From Nymphaea colorata (taxonomy: Eukaryota), in the NCBI RefSeq assembly GCF_008831285.2, contig NC_045138.2, positions 15,500,001 to 15,564,000 of the forward strand: a DNA stretch of 64,000 bases. Reading direction: 5' to 3'. The position numbers were made by a program, and so were the translations under genes. A model generated the notes under the pieces. That model worked only from the letters and a program-made list of their open reading frames with translations. It was not told the origin of the DNA and ran no database searches. Below, in pieces: positions 13,172 to 26,960 of this stretch. How positions within the stretch are numbered: position 1 is the first letter of the stretch; each line of letters begins with the position of its first letter.

Positions 13172-16100
13172 GGAGGATTTGAAAATGGCATTGCAGGAGA
13201 TGACACGGACCCAAAGTTCCCGCCCTTAGGCATGGTTGAACTCCGAGAAGAAAACCATCTTCAGCAGAGAGAGAGAGAGAGAGAGACTAGGTTGAAGACG
13301 TTCGACCTATGTTCATCGGCTCCCTAAGCGGCATTCCACCCCCTTGGATCCATGATCATGACGCCAAGTAACGTGGAAGATTCTAGACACCTCTGGTTTC
13401 CAAAAGCCAAAGTTTTAAGATCGGTTCAATCACCCGACGAGGCAAGGTGAAAAGGCATAACAAACAACAGATGTCATCAAGATTTGAAAATGAACTTCTA
13501 CAGAAAATACAATTTTGGCAAGGTATCAAAATATACTGAAGTTTGAAGCTCTTTCATGAGGTAAATTAGGCCAGTAAATGAAAAACATTTGTCTTCCCAT
13601 AGAAACTTAGTGATTTTTTGGGAAAATTTGAACTTTTACCGCTTACAAGATGATTTTGAATGTAGCAAAGACATGATTAAGAAAGCAAAAGATCTATGAA
13701 AAATAAGAAACCACATTGTACATTTGTACTGTAATTAAAGAGAAAGATGAACAAAATTGGTTGAGCCTGAATTGAAGTTATGGTGTAGACCCGGTTTTGA
13801 AAAGGCCCTAGGCCTAGCCAAAGTTCTGATGGGCCAAGGAATCGAATTTGGCATATCTTCCTAAACTCGAGTTTACACCGGCCAGGCCGCGGCCAACTTT
13901 GGCAACCTCCCTTCTAGCTGCATGTGCATACCCAAAAAAGTTGCTCCCGTTTCCTCCGGCGACTACAATCTAATTTTCTAACTAGATATAGAGCTTTAAT
14001 CATTAAAGAAACAGATCTGAGCCGTTCAACTATGGATTTGACCAGTTTGAACGTTCAATCTGAATAGGACATGTCATGCCGAATATGATCTGAATCCAAC
14101 ATATTATACCGAAGTGAATCCATCGACGATCTTACTTTGTAAATTCTAACTCAATACCCAGCACCTGCTGCTTCTTCATATCTCGCCTGTTCTAGAAATA
14201 CACAGTGCCAACTTTCATTCACCATTTTCATCCAGAACACAGCAACATTCCCAAGCAGGGAGGAAGGTCCACATCTTCATTTCCCTGAGTTCGATTTCTG
14301 AACGCGCTAGTACCAGTTGCAGGCTTGGGCACTTCATCGCCCCCTTCACACTTCTACGTCAAGCGAGTTTTAGATTTCTGAAGTGGGACTGGTAAAGCAG
14401 GCTGAGGAAAAGGAGAACGAGGTGTCTGCACAGAAGATGGCGGTGGAAACCTTTGATGGTAGTGCAATAATGGCTGGCCTAGTGAAAAACCAGTTGTCTT
14501 CTCGAACAGAAGAATCACACCGTAACGAAAAGTTTCTTTGCTTCACTTCATGCATAATCTGATTCGTTCCACAGCAAGAACATCACAATCTCGTGCCATT
14601 CCTTTCAAAATTAGCAATTTTAAAACCACCTGCTAAATTTTGGTACTAATTTTGCTCGAGAATTTCTCCTCTGACCTTACTAATTACCAAGCAAACACAT
14701 AGTTGTAATATGAGATTGAGGTGTCTGGACAGAAGGTGAAGATGTCTAGGCAGAAGATGGATGATACCGGGCCAGGAAAGCATAAATATGTTTGAGGGAA
14801 ACTTCTGAGAGAATGTGGGTGTCAAAGACCTTTATAATGGTTCACTTCAACTTAGTTGTCTGCCTTTCTTGACATAATTATTAGTGGATATTCTCATGAA
14901 ATTCACTTGCCAAGGCTGTAACACTGTTTCTTGGAGCAATTTCTTCCCCTAGCATGAAGTAGAGAATCCAATGTATGTCCACCTCCTATCTTGGTTTCAT
15001 ATATATAAATCTATTGTTGGGGGTCCTTGCTAGAAAACTAAGTAAATTCAGCTCCATTAGGATGGGTAATAGCCATAAATTCACAAAGGGTCTCATTGGA
15101 AGTGAACATTCAGTATACACCAAATTCCAGGCTTATGCAAGCAAGGGTGACCAGGGGAACTGCATCCTGACTACTCTTCTAAACAGCCAGGGGCCCAAGA
15201 CCCATTCAGCTACCCCAAATTAACCAACCTTTGCTCAAACTTAGGGTCTTAGACCAGGGAGGAGGGGTGATTGCTCATATTGTCAATTTGAAGAACTAAA
15301 ATTTGAGGAATTTCAGCATGAGAAGCCATCAAATGCGCCTTGATGATTGGAATAGCACTATATAAGGATCTTCACGGTGGGAACAAAAGTATAAGGGCGT
15401 AAGGGCACCTAGATTAAATGCTTGGATGCACCACGTTCTCCCGCCACAATCTACTAGTGTTATGTTCCTTCACTTTACTAAAGAAAGTCATCTATTATTA
15501 ACCCAAACTTCCAGGCCATGGGATCTATACATGAACTAAAGCAGACTAGAACAAGGAAGTTTGGTTGGCTCAAGTCTTGCAGAAACAACGAGCAAATCAA
15601 GCAATCTGCAAATTGCCTTTTTGAGTGAAACCACCAAGAGTAGTAAGCAAGTGACAAGAGAGGAATGTCCAGGGCGACAAATGGAAGATCCTAGGTTCCA
15701 AGTCCTAATCCTACTATTTTGTTGCTTGAGTTTACATATGGTAGTGTCTTCAAAGTCTTGATGTTAGGGCTGATTCCCTGTTTTCCTTCTTAAAGTTTTC
15801 TTGTTCTTTAAACCTTTTAATATAATTTCTTCATTTTGAATGCTAAACAGTCAACTCCTGGGAGTGCCAACGATGTATTTTTAGTGGGTATATGGTCACA
15901 ATGGGAATGGTTGGGCAGTGTATGATCCTTTTGAATAGTGATTCTGAAGATGGCAGAACCTGCTTACTCAAAGTTTAACAGCAAATGAAAGCCTTAGAAA
16001 GCATAATTGCTATGAGCAGAAGCTTACACACGGCCCAGGAGCTCACTTGAAAATTAGGAGGTTATTAATGAACAAAACGAATTTCTACCCCTCCCCATCC

Positions 16101-16552
16101 TGCCGGACCCAGACTCAGTCCTGCTATAGTGCTATTGCCTGTTCCATCTCCAAACATTACCTTTCTCCCCAACTTAGTTTAGATTTCTAGCACCAACCTT
16201 ATTTCCTTCCTTCCCAAAATTGATTTAAAACTCCCTCTGAATATACCAATTGGAATAGAATATACATGTGATACTTCAAATTCCAACTGTCCTGAAACAC
16301 CTGCCAGCTTTCTTAATCACACTGTAAACAGAAAGCGCATTCTAGCTTCAAAGGGGTAGCTAGCCCGCCTGTAGGGTATCCGATCTTGGTAATAGTGGCT
16401 GCCAGAGAGCAATTTAATACACAAAGTAAAAAATTTATGACGCTATTAAGGCGCAGCAGAAAAATATATGAAGAGATCTATCCGTCGGCATTCCCATGGT
16501 CGGCAGGCAATTGTTCACCTTCGGACACCAAGTTATTACTGAACTTGGAAAG

Positions 16553-16620
16553 CTCAAGGAAGGCCAACCAGATGCAGGAGTTTGAACTCAAGGAAAGCCA
16601 ACCAGATGCAGGAATTTGAA
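16553..16620. repeat. 34-bp near-perfect tandem duplication
   Basis: CTCAAGGAAGGCCAACCAGATGCAGGAGTTTGAA is followed by CTCAAGGAAAGCCAACCAGATGCAGGAATTTGAA (2 mismatches). Confidence 0.9.
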
Positions 16621-19600
16621 TTAGAGTTGGAATTTCTTTTATTCAACCTGCAAGTCCTCGGAGGATAAAAATATAGAAAAGGTAGCAGAAATCACAGAAT
16701 TTAACCTCCAAGGTCTACAACTTGGCACCCTTCATTATTCCCGCGAAGTTATTTAACATGGAGATATGAACATGAAATCCTATCCAAGTGGATCCTCAAT
16801 ACAGTTGGCACATGTTGGCCACGAGCACAAGTGGAACCCGTTCCACTGACAAGTAACTGTAAAATCGCTGCCATAGTTACCGTGTAACATTTACGAGTAA
16901 TAAAGCATAAAGCATTTAGTTTGCCATCACCTGTCCAACACCATATCACAGAGACAGAACCCTTCACCTTGCACATTTTTTCACCACTAAGAACCGATCT
17001 GGAAGACACTACAATCATGTTGAAAGCATGGTTTTGTCGTCAGGCAGAATCTTTTTAAACTGGTCTTAATGCCAAAACCGTGACTTCACCACTAAAAAAT
17101 CACTATTTTTTAGAATGATAATGATGTCACAGCAGAAACATTGAAGCTCACATGTTTCTTTGATAAATGTTTTAAGTTATTGACACTGGCAATATTTATT
17201 GGCTGTTATGTGTGCGTGTGTGTGTGTGTTCAAGAGAGAGAGACAGAGACAGGGACAGAGGGAGATGCCTTTCCTCTGCCAAAACCGTGTGCTCTGCGTA
17301 TGTGTGTGTGCGTGTGTGTCTGTGTAAGCGTGCATGCAACGCGCAAGAGACAAAGAGAAATTCAATTTGGGGAGTGGTCCATCGGACTGCAGGTGACTGA
17401 GCATGAAAGGCTGCATGCAGTTAAACACTGACTTCTGGGGAGATTGATTGTTAGGATCAGTGAAGACAAGGCTCCTGTTGTAACGTAGTGCCCCAGGTGA
17501 GACCCACTGCCGCTCTCTCTCTCTCTCTATCTATCTCTCTCTCTCTCTCTCGCTAGGATTCCATGCATCACAAACCCAACCACAAGTCAATCAATGGCCT
17601 CATCAACTTGGCTTGAGGCCTCTCAAACTACTTGGTTCAGCCATTACCTGTCTCCTGCTAGCAGAGGGATAAGACACTTTTGGCATTATTGCAGCCCACC
17701 TCCCTCACATTGAGCACTCTGGAATCTGGATGTCTTCTCGTGGAGATCATGATGGGGTAGATGCTGCCAAGGGCCCCATCGAACGCATTTAATAGCACAA
17801 GGAAACAATCTTCAATATTGAATTCAAATAATTGGTATACATGACCATCTGCGCGTTTTCTATTCCATTATCAATTTAATATGTGACCAACTTGGCTTAT
17901 TTTTCTTCTTCCTCTTTCTAACTTTCTCTTTTCTACTTTAATTTGAAACAGATTCGCCAAAATGCTCTTCATGAAAGCTAACGTGGTCCACATCGTTTTC
18001 AGTTCTGCTCTGTCTTCATTACCATTTTTTAAAGAAACTATTCTCCGCTGTCTTTATTGAAGTCAGGCTTGGTGACCATAAATGATTTTTTTTTTTCTTG
18101 AGAATAAAATAATAACATGAGTGAATGACTACCTCACTTGAGGTTCCGACTCCGTGGCGAATGCTAGTCCACATGAAGATCTTTTGGCTCTTTACCTGAT
18201 TGGGCGTTATTATTATTTTATAGTTCAAGAAAAAGATCTATGGCTTTGCAGATTATTATGGAGTGGCAAGCTTCCTCAAATCTGTTTGGCATCACATAGC
18301 CATGAACAAGTTCGTGAACTCTTCTTCTAGGTGGTGAGTTTTCTCAAGCTTGCCAAGAGGCAATCAACTCAGGACTCGGATGAGCTGAAACCTTTACCAT
18401 GAAAGAGAGAACCTAGAGCCGTTCCCGTATCCCCATTTTTTACTTAGGTCCTCCTTCTGGGTATAGGTCTGCATTCACCTACCACATGAAAAGTTACCCA
18501 TACCTATGCTTTATTTTAACATTGAAAGTTCATAAACATACCAAGGTTGCAGAATGGCCGGATCTGGTTTGAAATTTCTGTTATTTTTTATTACAGTCAG
18601 GTCAATTCACCGACTTTAATGTAATTTGCTCTGCAAAATCCCGCCCGCTTGCATACCAAGTTTGAGACCTCAGGTTTTAATATGTTTTCCAGCTTTACCA
18701 CAAAAAACCGGTGCTCTAACACAGGGAAAAAAAAGCTTGCAAATAATCCGGCCATTTTTATGGCGACATAGGCTGGCCGGAAAATTAGAAATCTAAAACC
18801 AGGGCATTTACAATTCACAAGATTGTCCATTGATGCTAGAAGGATACTTAATGAGTCAAAATTTGGTAGGTGAACGTAGGCAAGAGCCCATCCCTAGTAG
18901 AGCTTTGTGCTGCTGTGAAGAGTCAATAGTTTTATTAATCAGAGACCTGACAATATGCAGCAGTTGGCCATGAGTGCATTATTTTCTTTCGGGGACCTTA
19001 GCCAAAGGAAGAAAATGCCACCCAGTGATGAAATTTGACCTACCATACTCAAGAACAAGTATACTAAAGAAGTTGGTCAGTAATTCAGGTGACGTTTCTA
19101 CATCGTGCGCAGGAAAAAAATATACATTGGGTAGCTTGAATGCCTATGGTTCAGACTCAAATAATCAAATGCATAAAATATTAGATTCGGTCGAGCTTTA
19201 TACAGTCGAGAAATCGAGTATATTCCAACTTTATGTCTCTCTGGTTCTAATGGAAACAATTGAACTAAATAACAACCAAACAGCAAAACACCAGCTAAAT
19301 TCTGCTGTAGCGAAATCAAGGAAGAAGAGAACAAGGTTTTCCCTCAAGGGCGGCCCTTGAATTCCCAACTCTCTGAACAAGCATGGCCAGTTTCTGGACA
19401 ACGGATTTCGTATTTTTCGAAAGAATCAATTTTAATTTTTCTGATTCTTTTTGGGAAAAAACTTCCATTAAAAGTAAGAAGAAAGAATCATTACAAACTA
19501 CTTATTTGCACATAAATAGTGTAGTGATCGATTCGGGGAAGAAAAGCCAATCACTGTGAAATTCTCAAGTCTCTGCATCACTCCACAGATTTGCAACCTA

Positions 19601-20067
19601 TGAACCTGTTGGCCAGTACTTCAATTATTTGATTCACTTGGACAGGTACCAAAAGCATTTTATGAACAGGCCATGCCTTTCTGCCAAGTTAGGTACCGCA
19701 TTCAATTATGAGAGACTTATCATGTTCAAGATCAGAAACCAGGAAAAGAACAAATTTTGACAGGGATGACGGAGTACAATTATTGCTTACTTTTTTCTGC
19801 AATCAACAATGGAGTTCTCAAGGGAGGGGATGAAGCCAGGGCAGTTTAAAGATTACATGGGTCCTACAAGAATAACGACATGCTTGGCTTTACTTGTGTA
19901 TGCACATGTTTTTTGTGTAGTATTGGAAGATAGTACGCAGAATGGACCACAAGAGTTGCTGGGAGTCATGAACGCATACCCTCTTTTTAGGGTTACTGCA
20001 GCACGAAGATGATATGGAAAGAAACAATCTGCTGTATTTCAGGTAAAAGGGCCCACCCATTAAGACT

Positions 20068-20089
20068 TTATATATATATATATATGTAA

Positions 20090-20117
<28 letters not shown>
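20068..20117. repeat. Compound (TA)n/(GA)n microsatellite
   Basis: Directly visible. Confidence 0.9.
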
Positions 20118-20120
<3 letters not shown>

Positions 20121-22808
20121 AGATCGTGTGTGCTTTTGGTAGGTGGGGTTTTTGTTGGTCAGATTTTCAAAACTTCCTGCGTTCGCTTATTGACTGCAAT
20201 GGACTTTAGATCTTCTTCCTGCTCTTTTAATAAGGAAAAGCAGTGTTTGTTTGGAAGTGTTTAAAGCTCTGACCAGTAGGTGCATTTTTTGTTAACATTC
20301 GGTATTAAACGCTTCGGCATCTTCTCTGCATTCATTAAACAAACGATTAGACACTATCGGGATTAATGAATCCTATTTGATGCTCGGATGATTACATTAA
20401 TGTGTTCAGCTTGAAGAAAGAAAAAAACCTTTGTGAGAGAAACAATGGGTTGCACTAAAATACTATGTGCTCAATCTCTCTCCCAAAGTATGTCTTGATT
20501 GACAGTTGAGAGAGAAAGATATGAAATAATGTAAACGACAGAAATTTGGCTATAATCTTTTGTCCAGGTCTCCAACTGTCAGTATGGATACATTCAATAG
20601 TTGAGATCATCCCTGACTAGTTTGTCACCTGCTTATTGCTCACTCTCTTTCTTTCTATCGTAACATCTCACTTACGATCATTTTTAGAACAGATATTGAT
20701 CATGTGCGTGATGAGACGATGAAGCATGTAAAGAATAAACAAATGGCTTGCAGGAACGAGCAGTGCATGACTTGTTAGAAGTCAGAAAAGGGAGAATGGG
20801 AAGATGCCGACCCATTTGGATGAGCAGTCCGAATTGCCAAGCGAGCAAGGTTGACGCTCACAATTATAATGAATTATTAACATCTCCTGCACTCTAAATT
20901 AATTTATTAATGTTATCATGGTTGCCCTGATGACGATTTCTTGTTGACATATCAACATTTTCATTGCTTTTTTCTTCTCCTTCAATTTTTTTTTCCTCTA
21001 AAATTTCTACCCTGCATACTCTTAGTACAATTTAAAAACCTTCTTCCTTGCGTAGTCTAAACACGTTGTCTCGTCGGTCGGCATCTTATTCGAGGCCAAA
21101 AAAAAAACTTTTTTTAACACAAAAGAAGGCATGTTTCCTGGGAAATTAACGCACATTAAATTAGTCAAACACAGGTAGTCTACCATTAGAGAGAAGTAAG
21201 CAGATCACAATTAACACTCAATAGATGCATGGAAAGGAGATAGTAATCCATTGTCCATTATAAAGAGAGCAATTCTCTCTCTCACAACAATGTATATATA
21301 TATATATATATATAATTGATAACAACAATGTAAGCGTGGGAATGCACGAGATTAATTGTTTTTTTCTCAATCCTTGTTCTTAACGTTTCAATGTCATTGG
21401 ATTTGGAGGCTAAAAGCACCTTTTGGGGAGAATTAGATTTAAAATCTTACTTTAAGCATCTAAGCCCTCAAATATTGACGACTTGAACTACATTGTCGGG
21501 GCGTATAACTATCAAGAACATTAGTTTAAACCATCAAATGAGTGAAAACGTGGATTGCGAAATCTTAACCACGTATTACCCGTACGACGTCCCAACTAAT
21601 TTGAATAAGAAAAGTCCTGAAATATGAAAGTTCATGGGAATTATATCAAATACCAAAGTTATTAAGAATCACAGCAAAAGCCAAAAGTAATGTGATTTAG
21701 TATTATATATTCTCATACCTGGCATATTGAAAATCATAAACATATTGATCACATGGCATCCATTTAATTGGCGTGGCTCTCGTATCATCACTCGAATTAG
21801 GGTTATTAAATAGCCGCATTTCAGTTTACTTCTGAAAAGGCTACAACTAGGACGTGATACAATTAGGCTAGTTAAGTATGCAGAATAAACATAAGCTATT
21901 CTGAAGCTTTCTCAACACTTGTACGTGATTCTTCAACTTAATGAACTTCGTATACAAGAGTTGAAGATTGCAAGAATGAGGCCTAAAAGATGACACCAGT
22001 GGTCACGTCTAAAAAAAGTTTATGATTCTTGAAAGAAACTCAGAAATAGCTCAGACTCTTTTATATATACGATCATAATACCTGTTCAAAATCTTAAAAC
22101 TACCAAGCAGGCTAAATACACACGAATATTTAAATAAGTTATTTACATGGAGAGAGAGAGAGAGAGATAGACCACGAAAAAACAGGAAGAAACCCGGGGA
22201 AAGATTAAGCATGGCTTAGTATATTATATCATTACCAGAGAGCCTTCTTTGCACTTATTCAACTTACTTGGCGTCAACATTAAACATCAAAGAAGTGAGC
22301 AAAATCTTAAAAACTAAGATGTTATGCTGTAAATCGTTAATGAGTTTATCATTATCTCATATCGCTCCTGATATTTTGCTTGTTCACAGATTCAGAAATG
22401 TTAGAATAGATATTTCCCATGAGAGAGAGAGAGAGAGAGGTGTCAATCATCTGAAACAGGAAGCTGAATACAACCCAAAACATCAGTCTGCAGTATGAAA
22501 GAGCTAGAGAGAGAAAGAGAGGGAGGTTTAAATATTCGTCCAATAGGTCGGTGGCTGGATGTGCGTGTGGACCCAAAGTGCACACGACATCTGCGTCAAT
22601 CTACAAGTACAAACTCTGCTCAATTTCCATATCTTATCTCCACGCTTCGTCATGGGCCGCCTCCACCTTCCCCATTTGGGAGATAGAGAGAGGAGAGAAA
22701 CTGACTCAGGCTTATAAATACTGAGATTTGCTTTTTAGTTTTTACCCGCCTGCAATTGCCTGCCATTTGGTTCCCGCTTCACGCGCCCGATCATTCCTCC
22801 CCTCCTCC

Positions 22809-22816
22809 TTATAAAT
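22809..22816 (+). promoter_or_regulatory. Putative TATA box of the B3 gene
   Basis: TTATAAAT about 100 bp upstream of the ATG at 22909; a second TTATAAAT lies near 22712. Confidence 0.45.
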
Positions 22817-22908
22817 CTCTGCAACCCTGAGACGAAGAAGAAGATGATGATGATGAAAGCAAGAGCAAGCAACAGCGTCTAGTGTGAAACAGCCTCGAAG
22901 ACGATCAG

Positions 22909-23697
22909 ATGAATTCTCGCACACCCACAACATCTCCATCGTCGTCATCGTCGTCGTCGTCATCTGGGGACGGTCAAATGCTCCACGCAAGGCTCTCGGA
23001 TTCGGCCTCAAGATGCATCGGCCTCGTTTCCCACCACCAAGGCCCGTGGCCTACCCAGATGCCCGCCGCCACCGTCGATTCCGTCATCAACTTCAGGCCG
23101 CACTCGTTCCAGTACTCCGTCCCCGACCCCGGCTGCCCCTCGTCTCAAGAAGCGTGCGGACCGAAGGACGAGTACATGTTCGAGAAACTGCTCACGCCCA
23201 GCGACGTCGGCAAGCTTAACCGGCTCGTCATCCCCAAGCAGCACGCCGAGCGGTGTTTTCCGGCCGACTCCTCCGTCGAGAAGAAAGGGCTGCTGCTGTC
23301 GTTCGAGGACTCCAACGGGCGGCCGTGGAGGTTCAGGTACTCGTACTGGACAAGCAGCCAGAGCTACGTGCTCACCAAGGGGTGGAGCCGGTTCGTTAAG
23401 GAGAATCGGCTGGAAGCAGGGGATGCCGTTCTGTTCCACCGCCGGCTCGTTAACGGCTCCGACTGGCACCTCTTAATCGGCTGCAAGCATCAGGCGCGGC
23501 ACGGGTTGTCCGCCGGGCCGACTCTTCCCGCCGCTGAGCAATGCAGGCAGGGGCTCTATTGGCAGGCGCCGGCGTTCTACATTGCCGATCCGGGTCCTGA
23601 ACCCAGTCCGGGCAACCAATCGGACTCCGGAGTCAAGCGGTTCAGGCTGTTCGGCGTGAACTTAGACTGCCCACCTGCGTGCAAGGATGGGTCATGA
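22909..23697 (+). CDS. B3-domain transcriptional repressor, NGATHA-like (NGAL: ABS2/SOD7/DPA4 type), 262 aa
   Basis: RAV/NGA-type B3 domain ([51 protein letters not shown]), no AP2 domain, and a C-terminal R/KLFGV repression motif (RFRLFGVNL). Continuous GC-rich ORF. The start could be a downstream ATG (e.g. 22978). Confidence 0.92.
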   Translation: MNSRTPTTSPSSSSSSSSSGDGQMLHARLSDSASRCIGLVSHHQGPWPTQMPAATVDSVINFRPHSFQYSVPDPGCPSSQEACGPKDEYMFEKLLTPSDVGKLNRLVIPKQHAERCFPADSSVEKKGLLLSFEDSNGRPWRFRYSYWTSSQSYVLTKGWSRFVKENRLEAGDAVLFHRRLVNGSDWHLLIGCKHQARHGLSAGPTLPAAEQCRQGLYWQAPAFYIADPGPEPSPGNQSDSGVKRFRLFGVNLDCPPACKDGS

Positions 23698-25349
23698 GCC
23701 CAGTCGAGCCGATCCGGCCATAGAATATACTAGCTAGCCTCTTTGCTCTTGTGATTTCTTCTTCCTTTTTTGTTTTCAAATTGTTGGTTTTATTTGTTTA
23801 GTGTGGTTGTGATTTATGGCATTTGATTCAAGTTTGATTTAATAAAATGTGACTAATCATGGATCGTTATTTATATACTTCCACAAACTTGGACTGTGCC
23901 TCACAAACTTGGCTTACAAGTTGGACTTAAGAACTTCAAGTTGAAGAAGAGGCAAAAGGTTTAACAACTTCGGTTCAATTGGGTGGAAGTATGCCTAATT
24001 CCAGCTTGCCTGTTAGAAAGGCTTGTCATAGAAGCATGAGTCCGCATATTCCAACTATCTCTTTCATATTTTATTCAAATAAGTTCTTCCTTCTTTTAGG
24101 TGAGCAGAGTTTTCTACCGCCCAACACAATGCCAAAACTCTACACAATCTCTCATCCTTATATGGTACATGGTTTAATTTCAGTGCATAGGGTTGTCACC
24201 CCTCGCGATGCTTTATCTTAATGACCCCTAAGGTCTTCCTTCTTTATGATAGTTGAATCAACAATAAAGATAAGGCGAATTGTTCCTTTTTTTTTTTTTT
24301 TTTTGGTTCCCAAATTTTGGCAGGAAGAGCTACATCTACATGTTAGTTAGGGAGTTGGGATTTAATAGACTTTTCAAGTGAAATAATAAAAGTTTGATAT
24401 TTGTAGGGAGTTGCACTTATACTATATATGAATCCAATTGTTACATTGAGTTAGATATTATTGATGGTATTTAGGTCACCCCAAGGTAAGGTCATCCATG
24501 CTTTAATAGTGTCTGGAAAACTGTTTTGACGTTAATTTAGGCTCTGATTCTTCTGGTTTTGCAAATAGAAATTCCGTCTTTTTACACCATTTAGTGCACA
24601 TTGGTATTCGTCTTGGAAAAGTGTGAACCTTACCATAGTTAATACATGATCATGCTCACATTGCTGCAATAAAGGTCACATTGTCCCCTTGTTTCTTAAG
24701 TTCATACCTTTTTAAGCCTAGCCCCAAAGGCAAAGAGAAGAGTTTCTACTCTTTTAAGCATTACTACATTCCTTCTGTTGTTGCATCTACATTGTCCAAA
24801 GAAAGATTGGTTTCAAGTAAACTTCGTGCATGTGGTCTTGAAGCTCATACAATGAACTCAAATTCTACTACAAAGATATTCATATTCATGTTTTCTTTTT
24901 CCCTCATTTTCTAACACAATCGATTCAAATTCAAACTATGAGACTCAGTTGCACTCTCATACCTGCTTAGATTTGCATGGGAGTTTGGAACTTGCGTGGT
25001 TTCTCTTCCAGCCAAAGCCCAAACCGCGTGGGGTTGAAACAGAAGATGAGACAAAGAGAAAAACTTTAGAATCTATATCAAAAGTTTGCTATCTTTATGC
25101 CCTGCCGATTCATATTTTTATGTGTTAAAATGAGCGGTGCGAGCTTTTCTACCTTATAATATCTAATCTATACAAAAGTAAAGCACATTTTCTTACTCCA
25201 ATTCATAAAAAAGTTGGTAATCTTAACTAAGAGTGACCCTCATTGAATTGGTATTAGATGTTTGGGTTGTCCATGATGAGTCTTGGAGAAACACTGATTT
25301 AGACAACCGAAGACATACATACTTACGCACATTGAAGAAAGAGATCACA

Positions 25350-25696
25350 AATCTGTGAATGAATGAGTATATGTATCCAATTGCCAATCATATTTGAAAC
25401 CCATTTAGTTAGATCCAGCAAAGAAGTTCAAGTCCTTATTCAATCAGATTTGGATGCATTACGCATGTTCCATACCCGTCAATGGATCCTAATCTGACAT
25501 CTAACGACTAGTCGGGTTCTAGAATCAGTATGTAGTTAATGAATTAATCTCTATCCAAATGCGCTATATCCAACCGAGTTCAATAAATGAAGATCCGACC
25601 CGACTACATATAAATGTCTGATTTTATACCAGTAAAACCAGAATTCAGGTTCAAAAAAATGGAGTGCGTACTCGAAACCAAACTGTTTACATCCCT
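25350..25696. mobile_element. Degenerate non-autonomous DNA transposon fragment (GGATC/ATCCG-rich family)
   Basis: Ends in TTTACATCCCT, whose reverse complement resembles GGGGATGTCAA at 35924. Rich in ATCCGA/ATCCAA motifs. Left boundary approximate; no TSD found. Confidence 0.35.
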
Positions 25697-26828
25697 ACAA
25701 ATTAATGAAGAATGCAATTTTTGAGGTTCATGGTGAATCAGCTTGTGGCGATGAGTCGCTCGATGAATGAGAACTCGATCTCTTCTTAATCAGCCAAAAG
25801 AAAGAAAAGAAGAAACATATATATATATATATAACTGTGCCATGAAAGTTTTAACATTTGGTATATGATCTGTATTGGTCCAAGCTTGCCTAGCTGATGC
25901 CAATTGCCAACAAAATGAATGTAGATTTCATCTGAATCTTCTATGCCAAATTCATTTAATCTGTTCTAATTGTTTGGATTTGATTAAGATCAATATGCAT
26001 GGTTTGGATCTCGTGTTCTAGTACTTTTCATTGTCTTTTGCTTAGATCTATACGGAAGCTTCAATTTGTCGTCAGTTTTGTCCGATCGGAGCTCATTCGG
26101 AAAAAGCGAAAGGCAATGGATTTGAGGACGAGCATTTTGCTATTCGAGGATTAATAGCAGATGAGATTGGGCCTAGCTAGCGTATCCATTTCTACGCAGA
26201 GTTTATCGTCTTAAATTTTTTAGTTCTTTTAGGCTCACAAAATTTTCATGTTTTCGTTTATTCTCTTGATTAAAAAAATTCTAAGCAGTGTTGTAAAATT
26301 CTGTTTGTGGACCGAATAGGATACTGGGATGGTCAACTCAGCGATTCAATTGAATTGCTTGTGAATCAGATGAAAATAATTGCAAAAAAAATGAAAATTT
26401 TATAAAAATAATTAAAAAAACTTAAATTTTTTTTAATTTACAAATTGGCATATGGCAATCTTGAATTTGCCACTGAAGTGAATCAGTTTGCCACGATCAA
26501 TTCAATTTGAGCAATTCCGATAATTCTAATTTTAAGGTGAATAGCCATATTGTAAACAAAGATCGGTTTTTACCACTACGTGAAAAAAAAAAAAGGCGAA
26601 GCTGGTTGTACACCTCTATGCGCTATAAGTTGTTCACGTGGATGTGAAATGACCAAAATGCCCCCATTAAAATAAAAAAGAAATTTTTTAAAATAGTAAA
26701 AAAATATTATGAAAAAGTCTAAAATGCTCATTAGATTATACAAAATCAAACAAAAATACTCTCACCCTCCTTTGGTGCATACTTGTCGCATGCACAGACT
26801 TGTGTGCACAAACTCAGTCCCATGAAAA

Positions 26829-26960
26829 AGAGGATTTGAGATCCTCAATTGATGGCTAAACCCTCAGATTTAAGGTCAAATGGGTTGGATCTACGAGCTT
26901 GAAATTCCCAATGATCTCAAATCACCTCGGATTTCAGATCCGAGACTATCAAATGCCCCC
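26829..26960. mobile_element. Tourist-like MITE remnant related to 62482-62718
   Basis: ATCTCAAATCACCTCGGATTTCAGATCCGAGACTATCAAA (from 26914) resembles ATCTCAAATCACATTGGGTCTTATATCCAAGGATATCAAA (from ~62672). Confidence 0.45.

Noticed and set aside
17141..17431. ORFs with VCVC/THTH/ERER runs (also 47679-47988, 38376-38702, 30966-31409)
   Set aside because: Translations of microsatellites.
17680..17703. miR394-like sequence (TTGGCATT...CCACCTCC)
   Set aside because: The centre differs and is 4 nt longer than mature miR394, and no complementary star arm was seen.
19826..19840. Partial complement to miR165/166 (GGGGATGAAGCCAGG)
   Set aside because: The seed-pairing end does not match and there is no precursor or HD-ZIP III context.
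22884..23469. Overlapping ORFs 22884-23219 (+) and 23008-23469 (-)
   Set aside because: Shadow frames of the GC-rich B3 CDS.
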